64,000 nucleotides of DNA from Rhodospirillaceae bacterium (GTDB lineage Bacteria > Pseudomonadota > Alphaproteobacteria > GCA-2731375): the NCBI GenBank assembly GCA_018660265.1, contig JABJKS010000106.1, positions 1,144 through 65,143 on the forward strand, written 5' to 3'. Below the pieces are notes generated by a model. That model had not been told where the DNA came from. It searched no databases and worked only from the letters and a program-made list of their open reading frames with translations. The translations under genes and the position numbers were made by a program. Positions 1-7,905 of the stretch are shown here, piece by piece (position 1 is the first letter of the stretch; every line of letters starts with the position of its first letter).

Positions 1-855
1 CAGGCGGAACATCTCGGACGGCGGGCCATGGTATTTGGTCTGATATTTACGGCTCAACACCACTTCAAATATGTCGCCGACGTGCATGCGCTGGCGGGCC
101 ATTTTGACCTTGGCCATATATTCTTCCGGCGTGTGATCCGAGGTGATGGTGCCACTCGAAACCTGGTTCGGGCTGGATAGCGGTACCATGCCCGAGAATG
201 CGGTTTCCCCCTTGCCATGGGTGGTCAGGGCCCGGCGGGTGAATTCATATTCATAGGCATAGGCGACTTCCAGGCGGCGATCCATCACCATGATCCGGTC
301 GGGCAGATACAGATGCAACAGCTTGTCATCCTCGCCCCGGGGCATGGACAGGGGCATCTGCTCAAACTCATAAATCAGATCAAAGCCAAATGCGCCCCAC
401 AGGCCCAGGAAATCGTCATCCATGCCGTTGAATTCGGCCATCATGGCGCGGATCGGGGTGAAGGTCGATGGCTGCCGACTGCGTTCTTCTTCTGTAAAGT
501 GGCGATCCGGGCGGGCGATTTGCAAAAACAAATTCGCCTCATCCTCAGAGGCCAAATCAATATTCGGGTCTTTCAACAACAGCGGCCGCAACATGGCCAG
601 GATCGCAATGCCCCGTTCGTTCAGGGCGGTCAGGCGGAAGGCATCCGCATGGGCGACAATCTCCAATGGAGGGTCGATAAAGCCGAACTCCCAGCGTGAA
701 TATCGGTCCTGATCCTCAACACCGGATGAGAGGAAGGCACCGCGCGTGTTGTCGAGGGCATCGACCAAAAAGTCGATACCGCGTTGAAAATCGATCTTCC
801 GGTCGGTCCGGTCGATAACGATGCCCGAGGGCGAGACGAAAGAGTAATGGGTCAT
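1..855 (-). CDS. trpE: Anthranilate synthase component I (alphaproteobacterial TrpE/TrpE(G) type), runs off the window edge
   Basis: Not in the ORF track (no stop in window). Manual translation from the ATG at 855 gives MTHYSFVSPSGIVIDRTDRKIDFQRGIDFLVDALDNTRGAFLSSGVEDQDRYSRWEFGFIDPPLE, matching the N-terminus of rhizobial-type TrpE(G) (RGAxLSS..RY(S/T)RW..DPPL). Confidence 0.85.
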   Translation of the reverse strand, partial: MTHYSFVSPSGIVIDRTDRKIDFQRGIDFLVDALDNTRGAFLSSGVEDQDRYSRWEFGFIDPPLEIVAHADAFRLTALNERGIAILAMLRPLLLKDPNIDLASEDEANLFLQIARPDRHFTEEERSRQPSTFTPIRAMMAEFNGMDDDFLGLWGAFGFDLIYEFEQMPLSMPRGEDDKLLHLYLPDRIMVMDRRLEVAYAYEYEFTRRALTTHGKGETAFSGMVPLSSPNQVSSGTITSDHTPEEYMAKVKMARQRMHVGDIFEVVLSRKYQTKYHGPPSEMFRL

Positions 856-1008
856 AACAGGTTTCCTGAAGGCTTACTCCGCGGGCACAACACCTGAAAT
901 TCAGGCTTGGCGCGGTGTGATTATATTCATGGCGATTGAATGGTCGAAATATGACGTATCGGAAGGGGGAGGGCGGTGCTTATATGCCGCCCAGGCAAGC
1001 GAAGAGCC

Positions 1009-1074
1009 TCACCAAAGAAAGGTGATGAATTTGGGCGGCTGTTGCGCCGCCTCTGATGTGCGCTGTCCTGTCAT
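1009..1074 (-). promoter_or_regulatory. Candidate trpE leader peptide ORF (MTGQRTSEAAQQPPKFITFLW*) with alternative hairpins
   Basis: 21-codon ORF upstream of trpE ending TTC-ATC-ACC-TTT-CTT-TGG-TGA. Segment 986-993 can pair either with 1032-1039 or with 971-976. Confidence 0.35.
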
Positions 1075-1121
1075 TTCGCCGCGACGCTAGCACAAGGCCG
1101 CCTGGATGGTAAACTAATTTC

Positions 1122-2642
1122 ATGAGCGACTCATTTTTCCAGGCCCGAGACCAGGCAATCCCTTATCCCAGCCGCCCGGTACCCCTTTCCCATCCCACAC
1201 ACCTTTATGTGGTTGGCCGGCTGCATGGCCTCGACCCGGTTGCGATGGATGGGGCCCCGGCTGCCCCGGTTGCCAGGGTATTGGAATTGGGTTGCGGGGC
1301 GGGGGGCAACCTGTTGCCTATGGCGGCGTCTTTGCCTGGCGTGGAATTCGTCGGTGTCGATTTGTCCGGTCCGCAGATCGATTTGGCCCGTGTCGCAGCG
1401 GTAACCGCAGGCATAAATAACGTTGAATTTCTTGCCGGTGATGCCCTCTCGGCACTGGATGGGCGCGGAGATCTATCCTTTGACTACATAATTTTGCATG
1501 GCCTCTATTCCTGGGTTTCCGCTGCGGTACAGGATGCCCTATTGCCCTTGTGCAGCAAATTTTTGTCCGACAACGGCATTATATATATCAGCTACAACAC
1601 CTACCCCGGCTGGCATGGGCGGGGTCTGATCCGCGATTTGATGTTGCGCGCCTGCGCTGATCTATCCGACCCGACAGAACGTGCCACGGCGGCACGCGGG
1701 GCCCTGGATCGATTGGTTGCGGCCTATGCCCAGCCCGATGATGCCTATGCCAACTTGTTGGCGGAGGAACAGCAACGCGTGGCGGCGTTAGAGGACGGTT
1801 TCCTGCTGCATGATTTATTGGAGGCGGAAAACCACCCCATCTATGTTGACGAATTTCTCCGGCGCGGGGCGGATGCAGGACTGCAATTTGTTTCTGAAAG
1901 CAACGTCGCGGCGTCCCGTGAGGAGAATTTTGCCCCCGGTGTGCGCCTGCATCTGTCCGCCATTGATGATTTGGTGCAGCGGGAACAAAATGTCGACTTT
2001 CTGTTGAACCGTAGTTTTCGCCAATCCGTATTGTGCAAAGCGGGCCACAATGTGCGGCGGCAGATTTCAGCTGAGTGGTTGTCGGGCCTGTATCTTGCCT
2101 CTCCCGTGCGGCCCCTGGGTCAACTGCCCGAGGGTGAACCAGGCGAGGCGTTCTTTGCCACGCCGGACGGTGGCCGCTTTGGCATGACCACGCCCAGCGC
2201 GATTTCAGCGCTCAATCACCTGGCCCTTGCCTGGCCGGACTTCATAGCCCTTGAGGATCTTGCCGCCAAGGTGGGTGATCCGGCTATCGTGGCGCAATTG
2301 GTGATCGATCTGTACCCTCGTAACTGGCTGGATTTGCTGCCCCTAGCCCCCGGTTTTGTCATGCTGCCGGGACCACGGCCAATGGTCACGCCCCTGGCGC
2401 GGGTGCAAATCGTGACGGGGGAGCATGTGACGGATTTGCGCCACCGCAGCGTATTGATCACGGATAGCTTCACCAGACAGCTCATCCCGCACCTGGATGG
2501 GCAAACCGATCGGGCGGATTTGCTGGCAGCGGTCGCCGGGTTCGAAATTAGCGGTCGTCCTCAAATTGCCAATGATGACCCGGAAGCCTTATTGGATGCA
2601 GCCCTGCATCAATTGGCGGAGCGCTGCCTGCTTGTCCAATAG
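1122..2642 (+). CDS. Class I SAM-dependent methyltransferase with methyltransferase-regulatory domain
   Basis: VLELGCGAGGN SAM motif; FDYIILHGLYSWV and YISYNTYPGW motifs; NRSFRQSVLC segment typical of this family. Confidence 0.85.
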   Translation: MSDSFFQARDQAIPYPSRPVPLSHPTHLYVVGRLHGLDPVAMDGAPAAPVARVLELGCGAGGNLLPMAASLPGVEFVGVDLSGPQIDLARVAAVTAGINNVEFLAGDALSALDGRGDLSFDYIILHGLYSWVSAAVQDALLPLCSKFLSDNGIIYISYNTYPGWHGRGLIRDLMLRACADLSDPTERATAARGALDRLVAAYAQPDDAYANLLAEEQQRVAALEDGFLLHDLLEAENHPIYVDEFLRRGADAGLQFVSESNVAASREENFAPGVRLHLSAIDDLVQREQNVDFLLNRSFRQSVLCKAGHNVRRQISAEWLSGLYLASPVRPLGQLPEGEPGEAFFATPDGGRFGMTTPSAISALNHLALAWPDFIALEDLAAKVGDPAIVAQLVIDLYPRNWLDLLPLAPGFVMLPGPRPMVTPLARVQIVTGEHVTDLRHRSVLITDSFTRQLIPHLDGQTDRADLLAAVAGFEISGRPQIANDDPEALLDAALHQLAERCLLVQ

Positions 2643-2736
2643 GTTGGCCACAGGATATAAGGGCGCCAGACATTTTCAAATTGGGCAGATCGTAAAGGGT
2701 TTCGATCCAATGGAAATTAGAGGGCGGGGATGAATA

Positions 2737-3252
2737 GTGGACGTTGATTGGACCGAGGATAATTTTTCCGTATTGCGTGACTGGCAGGTGCGCCAGGTTG
2801 CTTACGTGCCCGATGCGGGCCATGCGGATTTGATCAATCGCTGTGATCAGGCCGATGATATGCGCCTGGTTCCCCTGACCACGGAGGAAGAGGGCATCGC
2901 CGTCCTTGGTGGTGCCTGGTTGGGTGACCAGCGGGGCGTATTGTTGATGCAATCATCCGGGGTCGGTAATTGCATCAACATGTTGTCCCTGGCCCGGGTC
3001 TGCCGCTTTCCCTTGTTGATGATGGTGACCATGCGCGGCCAGTGGGGGGAGTTCAATCCCTGGCAGGTGCCCATGGGGGCCTTGACGCCGACGGTTTTGG
3101 AGGGGGCGGGCAGCTTAGTGTTTCCGGTTGATGATCCGGCCAAAATGGGTGAGACGACGAACGCTGCGGCGCGTATGGTTTTCGAAGGCCCGACACAGGC
3201 TGCCGTATTGATCGGCCAGTCGGTGATTGGCGCCAAGAGCTTTGGGAAATAG
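2737..3252 (+). CDS. TPP-dependent decarboxylase alpha subunit (sulfopyruvate/phosphonopyruvate decarboxylase, ComD-like)
   Basis: YVPD, TTEEEG, LLMQSSGVGN, MRG..EFNPWQ motifs; GTG start; coupled to the beta subunit. Confidence 0.85.
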   Translation: MDVDWTEDNFSVLRDWQVRQVAYVPDAGHADLINRCDQADDMRLVPLTTEEEGIAVLGGAWLGDQRGVLLMQSSGVGNCINMLSLARVCRFPLLMMVTMRGQWGEFNPWQVPMGALTPTVLEGAGSLVFPVDDPAKMGETTNAAARMVFEGPTQAAVLIGQSVIGAKSFGK

Positions 3253-3255
3253 GTC

Positions 3256-3879
3256 ATGAATAGTACTTTAAATGGCACTTTGGATCGTAATCGGGCGGCG
3301 GACTATCCCTTGCGCAGACGAGAGGTGGTGGCGGATTTGCTGGCGGATCGCGGCGATATGCTGGTCGTCGCGGGCCTTGGCGCGCCGGTCTGGGATTGTA
3401 CGGCGGTGGAAGACCATCCCCTGAATTTTCCCCTGTGGGGTGCCATGGGCGGTGCTGCCGCTATGGGCCTGGGCCTGGCTATGGCCCAGCCGGAGCGTCG
3501 GGTCCTGGTGATTACCGGCGATGGTGAGATGTTGATGGGCCTGGGTGCGATGACCACCATTGGTTCGCAACAGCCCGAAAACCTGTCGGTCGTGGTCTGT
3601 GACAATGAACGTTATGGGGAAACGGGCATGCAGCTGACCCACACCGCCGGCAACCTGGATCTACCTGCCATGGCCCTGGCCGCCGGCTTTGCCTCTGCCG
3701 CTGCCGTCAGTTCCGACAATGAGTTTAAGGCAGCGCTTCCCGCTATTCGCAACGCCAAGGGACCCGGCTTTTGGTCCATTAAAATCAAGGCGGAAGATAA
3801 CCCCATCGGTGTCATGCCGCCCAAAGACGGTGTTACCCTGAAAGACCGCTTCCGCGCGGCGCTGTTAGGGGCAGCCTGA
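3256..3879 (+). CDS. TPP-dependent decarboxylase beta subunit (ComE-like)
   Basis: GAMG, GDGE..DN..YGETG TPP-binding motif; 3 nt after the alpha subunit stop. Confidence 0.85.
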   Translation: MNSTLNGTLDRNRAADYPLRRREVVADLLADRGDMLVVAGLGAPVWDCTAVEDHPLNFPLWGAMGGAAAMGLGLAMAQPERRVLVITGDGEMLMGLGAMTTIGSQQPENLSVVVCDNERYGETGMQLTHTAGNLDLPAMALAAGFASAAAVSSDNEFKAALPAIRNAKGPGFWSIKIKAEDNPIGVMPPKDGVTLKDRFRAALLGAA

Positions 3880-3923
3880 ATATGCTCCAGGTGCGAAAAA
3901 CCTGACCGCTGGCCGATGCGACG
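3624..3923 (+). repeat. Direct repeat copy 1 (300 bp): 3' end of the beta-subunit gene plus 44 bp downstream
   Basis: Ungapped alignment to 5073-5372 (offset 1449); about 33 mismatches by manual count (~89% identity). Confidence 0.95.
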
Positions 3924-3947
3924 ACCGCGCTTGACCTCGGAGCGGTT
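3923..3947 (-). repeat. Imperfect palindromic unit at the left end of cassette 1
   Basis: Minus strand AACCGCTCCGAGGTCAAGCGCGGTC, overlapping the stop codon of the nitronate monooxygenase gene; resembles the units at 5442-5466 and 7416-7441. Confidence 0.5.
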
Positions 3948-4935
3948 AAACCGTAACGCGGTTCAGTATGGATTTTGCATCGTTAACTATTTCGTTGATG
4001 ATCTCAGCCGCCGGCTGAACCTTCCGCACCATCGACAGCCCTTGTCCCGCCCACATCGATAACGCTTCAATATTGCCTTCTGCATCAGGACCGGGCGTAT
4101 AACTCTGGTAGCGTAAAATTTCGCCACGAGACGGGGACCTGGCAATTACTTCGCCCTCGCCGGGACGATCACCACTCGGTGGCCTGCCTTCCGTCTCCCA
4201 CAGGTCAACCGTGCTATTACGCAGAACGCGATGCGGTGCGTCGGGCCACCCAACATTAAATAGATCATTGTGATGGGTCGTATCATTTTCGGATGCATCT
4301 AAAACACGCTGCTGGTAGTCGGGATGGATTTCGACTTCTTCGCTGGCAAGAAAACGGGTGCCAATCCAAGCGGCGGATGCGCCAAGTGCTAGAACTGCAG
4401 CCAGCCCCCGACCATCTGCAATGCCACCAGCCGCGATTACTGGAACATCACCGACTGCGTCGACGACAGCTGGCACCAACGGTAATGTCGCAACAGTTCC
4501 ACGGACGTGCCCGCCTGCTTCCCATCCCTGAGCGACGATTGCGTCAACACCACTGTCTACCGCTTTTCGCGCGGCTTCCGCATCCCCAACCGAATGCAAC
4601 ACAATTGCTCCGGCATCCTTTGCCTTCCTAATCAATGGCGTCGGGTCGCGCCAAAAAAAAGAAATGATCGGAACGCCTTCGTCCAAACAAGCGTCTAATA
4701 GTTTTTCCTGTGGGAAATCCATGTTCAAGTTTACGGCAAAAGGCTTTGCCGTGAGCGATTTGGTTTGACGAACAACTTTCCGAAGGTTCTCAACGTCTCC
4801 GCCCCATAATGGCAAAACGCCTAGACCACCGGCGTTGCTGACAGCCGCCGCTAACTTCGCTCCAACAGCTCCGCCCATTGGCGCTAACACAACGGGTAAT
4901 TCGACGCCAACGCATTCGCAAAAACTGGATGCCAT
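3946..4935 (-). CDS. Nitronate monooxygenase (2-nitropropane dioxygenase) family FMN oxidoreductase
   Basis: LAPMGG, AQGWEAGGH, AAGGIADGRG, GTRF and WAGQ motifs. Confidence 0.9.
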   Translation of the reverse strand: MASSFCECVGVELPVVLAPMGGAVGAKLAAAVSNAGGLGVLPLWGGDVENLRKVVRQTKSLTAKPFAVNLNMDFPQEKLLDACLDEGVPIISFFWRDPTPLIRKAKDAGAIVLHSVGDAEAARKAVDSGVDAIVAQGWEAGGHVRGTVATLPLVPAVVDAVGDVPVIAAGGIADGRGLAAVLALGASAAWIGTRFLASEEVEIHPDYQQRVLDASENDTTHHNDLFNVGWPDAPHRVLRNSTVDLWETEGRPPSGDRPGEGEVIARSPSRGEILRYQSYTPGPDAEGNIEALSMWAGQGLSMVRKVQPAAEIINEIVNDAKSILNRVTV

Positions 4936-5025
4936 TATCTATGTCCCCTTTGTCGTTTGAGCAATCTTAGCGTGCAATTTCCGTCGCGTCTGATTTTAGC
5001 ATGCGAATGTGAGAAGATCTCCTTG

Positions 5026-5074
5026 TGGCAAAAGCAGAACTGTATTCTGTTGCACCCAATATCTGCTGTAGGGG
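5026..5074 (+). repeat. Composite palindromic repeat, right end of cassette 1
   Basis: TGGCA-AAAGCAGAACTGTATTCTGTTGCACCCAATATCTGCTGTAGGGG matches 7381-7430 at 44/50 positions. Confidence 0.9.
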
Positions 5075-5372
5075 GCATGCAGCTAACCTATACCGCCGGC
5101 AACCTGGACCTACCCGCGATGGCCTTGGCCGCCGGCTTTGCCTCCGCCGCTGCCGTCAGCTCCGACAACGAGTTTAAGGCAGCGCTTCCCGCTATTCGCA
5201 GCGCCAAAGGCCCCGGTTTCTGGTCCATCAAGATCAGGGCGGAAGATAACCCCATCGGTGTCATGCCGCCAAACGACGGCGTCACCCTAAAAGACCGCTT
5301 CCGCGCGGCGCTGTTAGGGGCAGCTTGAAAATGCTCCAGGCGCAAGAAATCCGGCCGCTGGCCGGCGCGACG
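5073..5372 (+). pseudogene. 5'-truncated second copy of the TPP-decarboxylase beta gene 3' end (direct repeat copy 2)
   Basis: Encodes GMQLTYTAGNLDLPAM...RAALLGAA, nearly identical to the C-terminus of 3256-3879, but lacks the N-terminal ~120 codons including the GDGE motif. Confidence 0.9.
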
Positions 5373-5393
5373 CCCAATCGTGCCATCGGATCA

Positions 5394-5466
5394 TGTCGGC
5401 TCCATGTGGCCAAGCAGACAATATTCCAGGATGGGTGCGATGACTGCCTTTGACCCGACTCGGATC
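5394..5466 (-). repeat. Composite palindromic repeat (unit-spacer-unit), left end of cassette 2, inverted orientation
   Basis: Minus strand GATCCGAGTCGGGTCAAAGGCAGTC-21 nt containing GCACCCA-TGTCTGCTTGGCCACATGGAGCCGACA; same architecture as 7372-7441. Confidence 0.6.
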
Positions 5467-5529
5467 TTCATCAGCGGTCAATGGGCCGCGAAAATAGTTG
5501 AGAAATTACTTGTTACACAGGGACCCCTA

Positions 5530-7311
5530 TCATTGGTTGCCTTGCTGTTCGGGAAGCGGGCCGTCGTAGACCTCGCGGATTGGGTTTGTGTATTCGTGCC
5601 AAAGGGTTCCTTCACTCCCCGCGCGAAATATAAAGGGGATAGCCGTATCGCTGCTTTGGCGCACCTGCTCAAGTACCGCTTTCGCCCTGCCGATGTCGTT
5701 CAGTCGAACGCAAGCTCCAGCCAAAACGAGTTGGGCGCTGATCATCGTCGAATTTAGGTTGATCGACCTCTCGGCAGCTTCTTTCGCCCCTTCATAATCC
5801 CGATGAAACTGGCGCGATGCAGCTAATAACCACCAAAACATGTACTCGATCGGATCCCTTGGGCTCAGCCGGAATGCCAATTCGCAAAATTCAATACCCT
5901 TTTCGGTCTCGCCAAAAGCTGCGGTTGCATACCCATGCATAGCGTTTGCGAGCGCGGCGTTGGGGTTGAGCTCTATAGCGCGCTGCAGTAGGGGGCGAGC
6001 TTGACGGAACCGACCTAGCCACCAGCACGCAAAACCCACATCCGCCAAAACTGTGGGATCGTTCGGCCCGTGATGCAGCGCTTGTTCGCCATGTCGAAGG
6101 GACTCGCTGGCGGTCGTTTTGAAGTCATCTGTCCAGCCGTTGTAGGAGCGCCATGCCAAAATGTATGCTGACACCGCATGGCCGATCGCATAGTTGGGAT
6201 CGAGGTTCGTAGACCGCTTCGCGAACGGTTCAGCTTCGTCGATATCCTGACGGCGATAGTTCTGCAACAGCGTCTTTGCTCTAACAACGTTGCCCCAGGC
6301 ATCCAGGGCACCGGGCGGCTTACGGCTTAGAAAGCTGGCTTCCGCCATCAACAGGCGTGATTGCAGGGCACCCGCGATGCCCTGGGTCACCTCATCCTGC
6401 ACCGCGAAGATGTCATCCAGTACCCGATCATAGCGGTCGGCCCAGATGTGGTTACCGCTTTCGGCGTCAATGAACTGGGCCGTGACCCGAATGCGATTAC
6501 CGGCCTTGCGCACACTGCCCTCCAGCACATAGCGGACGCCAAGGTCTGCGGCGACTTTTCGCACATCAGGAGATTGGCCTTTGTAGGCGAAGGTAGAATT
6601 GCGGGCGATCACGAATAGGTCCGGCACGCTGGAAAGCAGGGTGATGATGTCCTCTGTCATGCCATCGGCGAAGAATTCCTGCTCGGGGTCACCAGACATA
6701 TTATCGAACGGTAACACCGCGATGGAGGGTTTATCGGGCAACGGCAGTGGCGCATTGATGACTGTCGGAACTTCTGCATCAAATGCAGAGGGCGCCCACT
6801 GCCAGACCCGCACGGATCGCTCAATGTTTTTCAGCTCCCGGTCACCACCATCAACAAATTCGGCCTCAATGCGGCCTTCGACACTGTCATGGGCGTTGCT
6901 TGAAATTGTAACGCAGCCAGTATCACAAATCTCTTGTAGTCGTGCCGAGATGTTGACACCATCGCCGAAGATATCGTCACTTTCGACAATCACGTCGCCG
7001 AGGTGAACGCCAATGCGGAAGCAGATAGCGTCATCATCCCCAATGCCAGAATTGCGGGTCGCCATACCTTCTTGAACAGCAACAACGCATTCGCTTGCCG
7101 CGACGACAGATGGAAACTCAAGCAGCAATCCATCGCCAGTCGTCTTGACGATGCGTCCACCGTGTTTGGCGATCAGTGGGTCAATATGTTCAGAACGGTG
7201 CGCATTCAAACGCCGTAAGGTGCCCGCTTCGTCGCGTCCCATGAGGCGCGAATAGCCAGCCACATCAGCCGACACGATTGCTGCTAATCTGCGTAGGGTT
7301 TTCTCCGTCAT
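5530..7311 (-). CDS. Class III adenylate/guanylate cyclase with TolB-like and TPR domains
   Basis: SADVAGYSRLM, KTTGDG, DIFGDGVNISARL cyclase motifs; KPSIAVLPFDNMSGDPEQEFFADG TolB-like segment; TPR-like helices (AIELNPN, AFRLSPRDP). Confidence 0.92.
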   Translation of the reverse strand: MTEKTLRRLAAIVSADVAGYSRLMGRDEAGTLRRLNAHRSEHIDPLIAKHGGRIVKTTGDGLLLEFPSVVAASECVVAVQEGMATRNSGIGDDDAICFRIGVHLGDVIVESDDIFGDGVNISARLQEICDTGCVTISSNAHDSVEGRIEAEFVDGGDRELKNIERSVRVWQWAPSAFDAEVPTVINAPLPLPDKPSIAVLPFDNMSGDPEQEFFADGMTEDIITLLSSVPDLFVIARNSTFAYKGQSPDVRKVAADLGVRYVLEGSVRKAGNRIRVTAQFIDAESGNHIWADRYDRVLDDIFAVQDEVTQGIAGALQSRLLMAEASFLSRKPPGALDAWGNVVRAKTLLQNYRRQDIDEAEPFAKRSTNLDPNYAIGHAVSAYILAWRSYNGWTDDFKTTASESLRHGEQALHHGPNDPTVLADVGFACWWLGRFRQARPLLQRAIELNPNAALANAMHGYATAAFGETEKGIEFCELAFRLSPRDPIEYMFWWLLAASRQFHRDYEGAKEAAERSINLNSTMISAQLVLAGACVRLNDIGRAKAVLEQVRQSSDTAIPFIFRAGSEGTLWHEYTNPIREVYDGPLPEQQGNQ

Positions 7312-7371
7312 GGCGGGTAGTGTAACGGCAAGTGTTCAGCTAATCCAAGCATGATAGATAAGTTGTTGCAT

Positions 7372-7441
7372 GGTCGCTTATGGCACAAAGCAGAATTGTA
7401 TCCTGTTGCACCCAACGTCTGCTGTTGGGGTCGAGGTGGAC
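7372..7441 (+). repeat. Composite palindromic repeat, right end of cassette 2
   Basis: GGTCGCTTATGGCACAAAGCAGAA-20 nt-CGTCTGCTGTTGGGGTCGAGGTGGAC; core matches 5026-5074. Confidence 0.9.
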
Positions 7442-7499
7442 TATCGCTGTTAAGCCGGCGCTGGCCGGTGGTGGAGATGCTGGCGGATCGCGGCGCTAT
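7438..7499 (+). pseudogene. Degenerate remnant of the 5' region of the TPP-decarboxylase beta gene
   Basis: Collinear matches to 3300-3359: GGACTATC, GGTGGTGG and an exact 18-mer TGCTGGCGGATCGCGGCG (7478-7495 = 3338-3355). Confidence 0.7.
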
Positions 7500-7518
7500 T
7501 TGCATAGCCTGACGGGCC

Positions 7519-7893
7519 CTAAACGCCTGACGTGCGGCGTAGGGGTTCGAGGCGGAAGCTTAGGCGAACCCAGTTTTTCTGCAACCGGTCGCCGTCCATC
7601 AAATAGTGGGTGCGCAAGGCGGATATGTCGCGGTAGCAACGCTGTAAGGCTTCACCGTCGTTCATGGCACTGCTGCCACCGGCGATAAATAGAACATCCA
7701 CGACCTTTGCCGTTTACTCCACGCATTGTTGCAGCAGCATTTGCATATGGGCGCGTGTCCCGAAGGCACCCGGCGCAGCGCTTCGCATTCGTTGGCGCGG
7801 GCCCGCAAACCCGGGATCAGGTCGCGGGCCCGTTGGGGCATGACCTCAGAGCTTAGGTTCAGGTCAACTTCGTGGCTATGGTCCGCCCGGCAT
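7519..7893 (-). pseudogene. Internally deleted acyl-CoA-dehydrogenase-fold flavin monooxygenase (HsaA/C2-like)
   Basis: N-terminal signature RARDLIPGLRARANECEALRRVP and C-terminal signature LFIAGGSSAM...LQRCYRDI..H lie only about 100 bp apart, in separate ORF fragments. Confidence 0.7.
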
Positions 7894-7905
7894 TGTCCCG
7901 TATTT

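Noticed and set aside
217..712. Plus-strand ORFs 217-699 and 422-712
   Set aside because: Antisense shadows of trpE; no recognisable motifs.
3880..3952. Integron attC site (minus-strand GTTTAAC fits RYYYAAC at the cargo stop codon)
   Set aside because: No matching GTTRRRY box at a suitable distance, no long attC-type hairpin and no integron integrase in the window.
4957..5328. 123-aa ORF as a functional second beta subunit
   Set aside because: Its first ~39 codons are read through the repeat and intergenic DNA from a TTG start, and the TPP-binding GDGE motif is missing; treated as a remnant.
5026..7430. CRISPR array or IS terminal repeats
   Set aside because: Only two long copies 2.35 kb apart in direct orientation, with no regular spacers, cas genes, transposase or target-site duplication.
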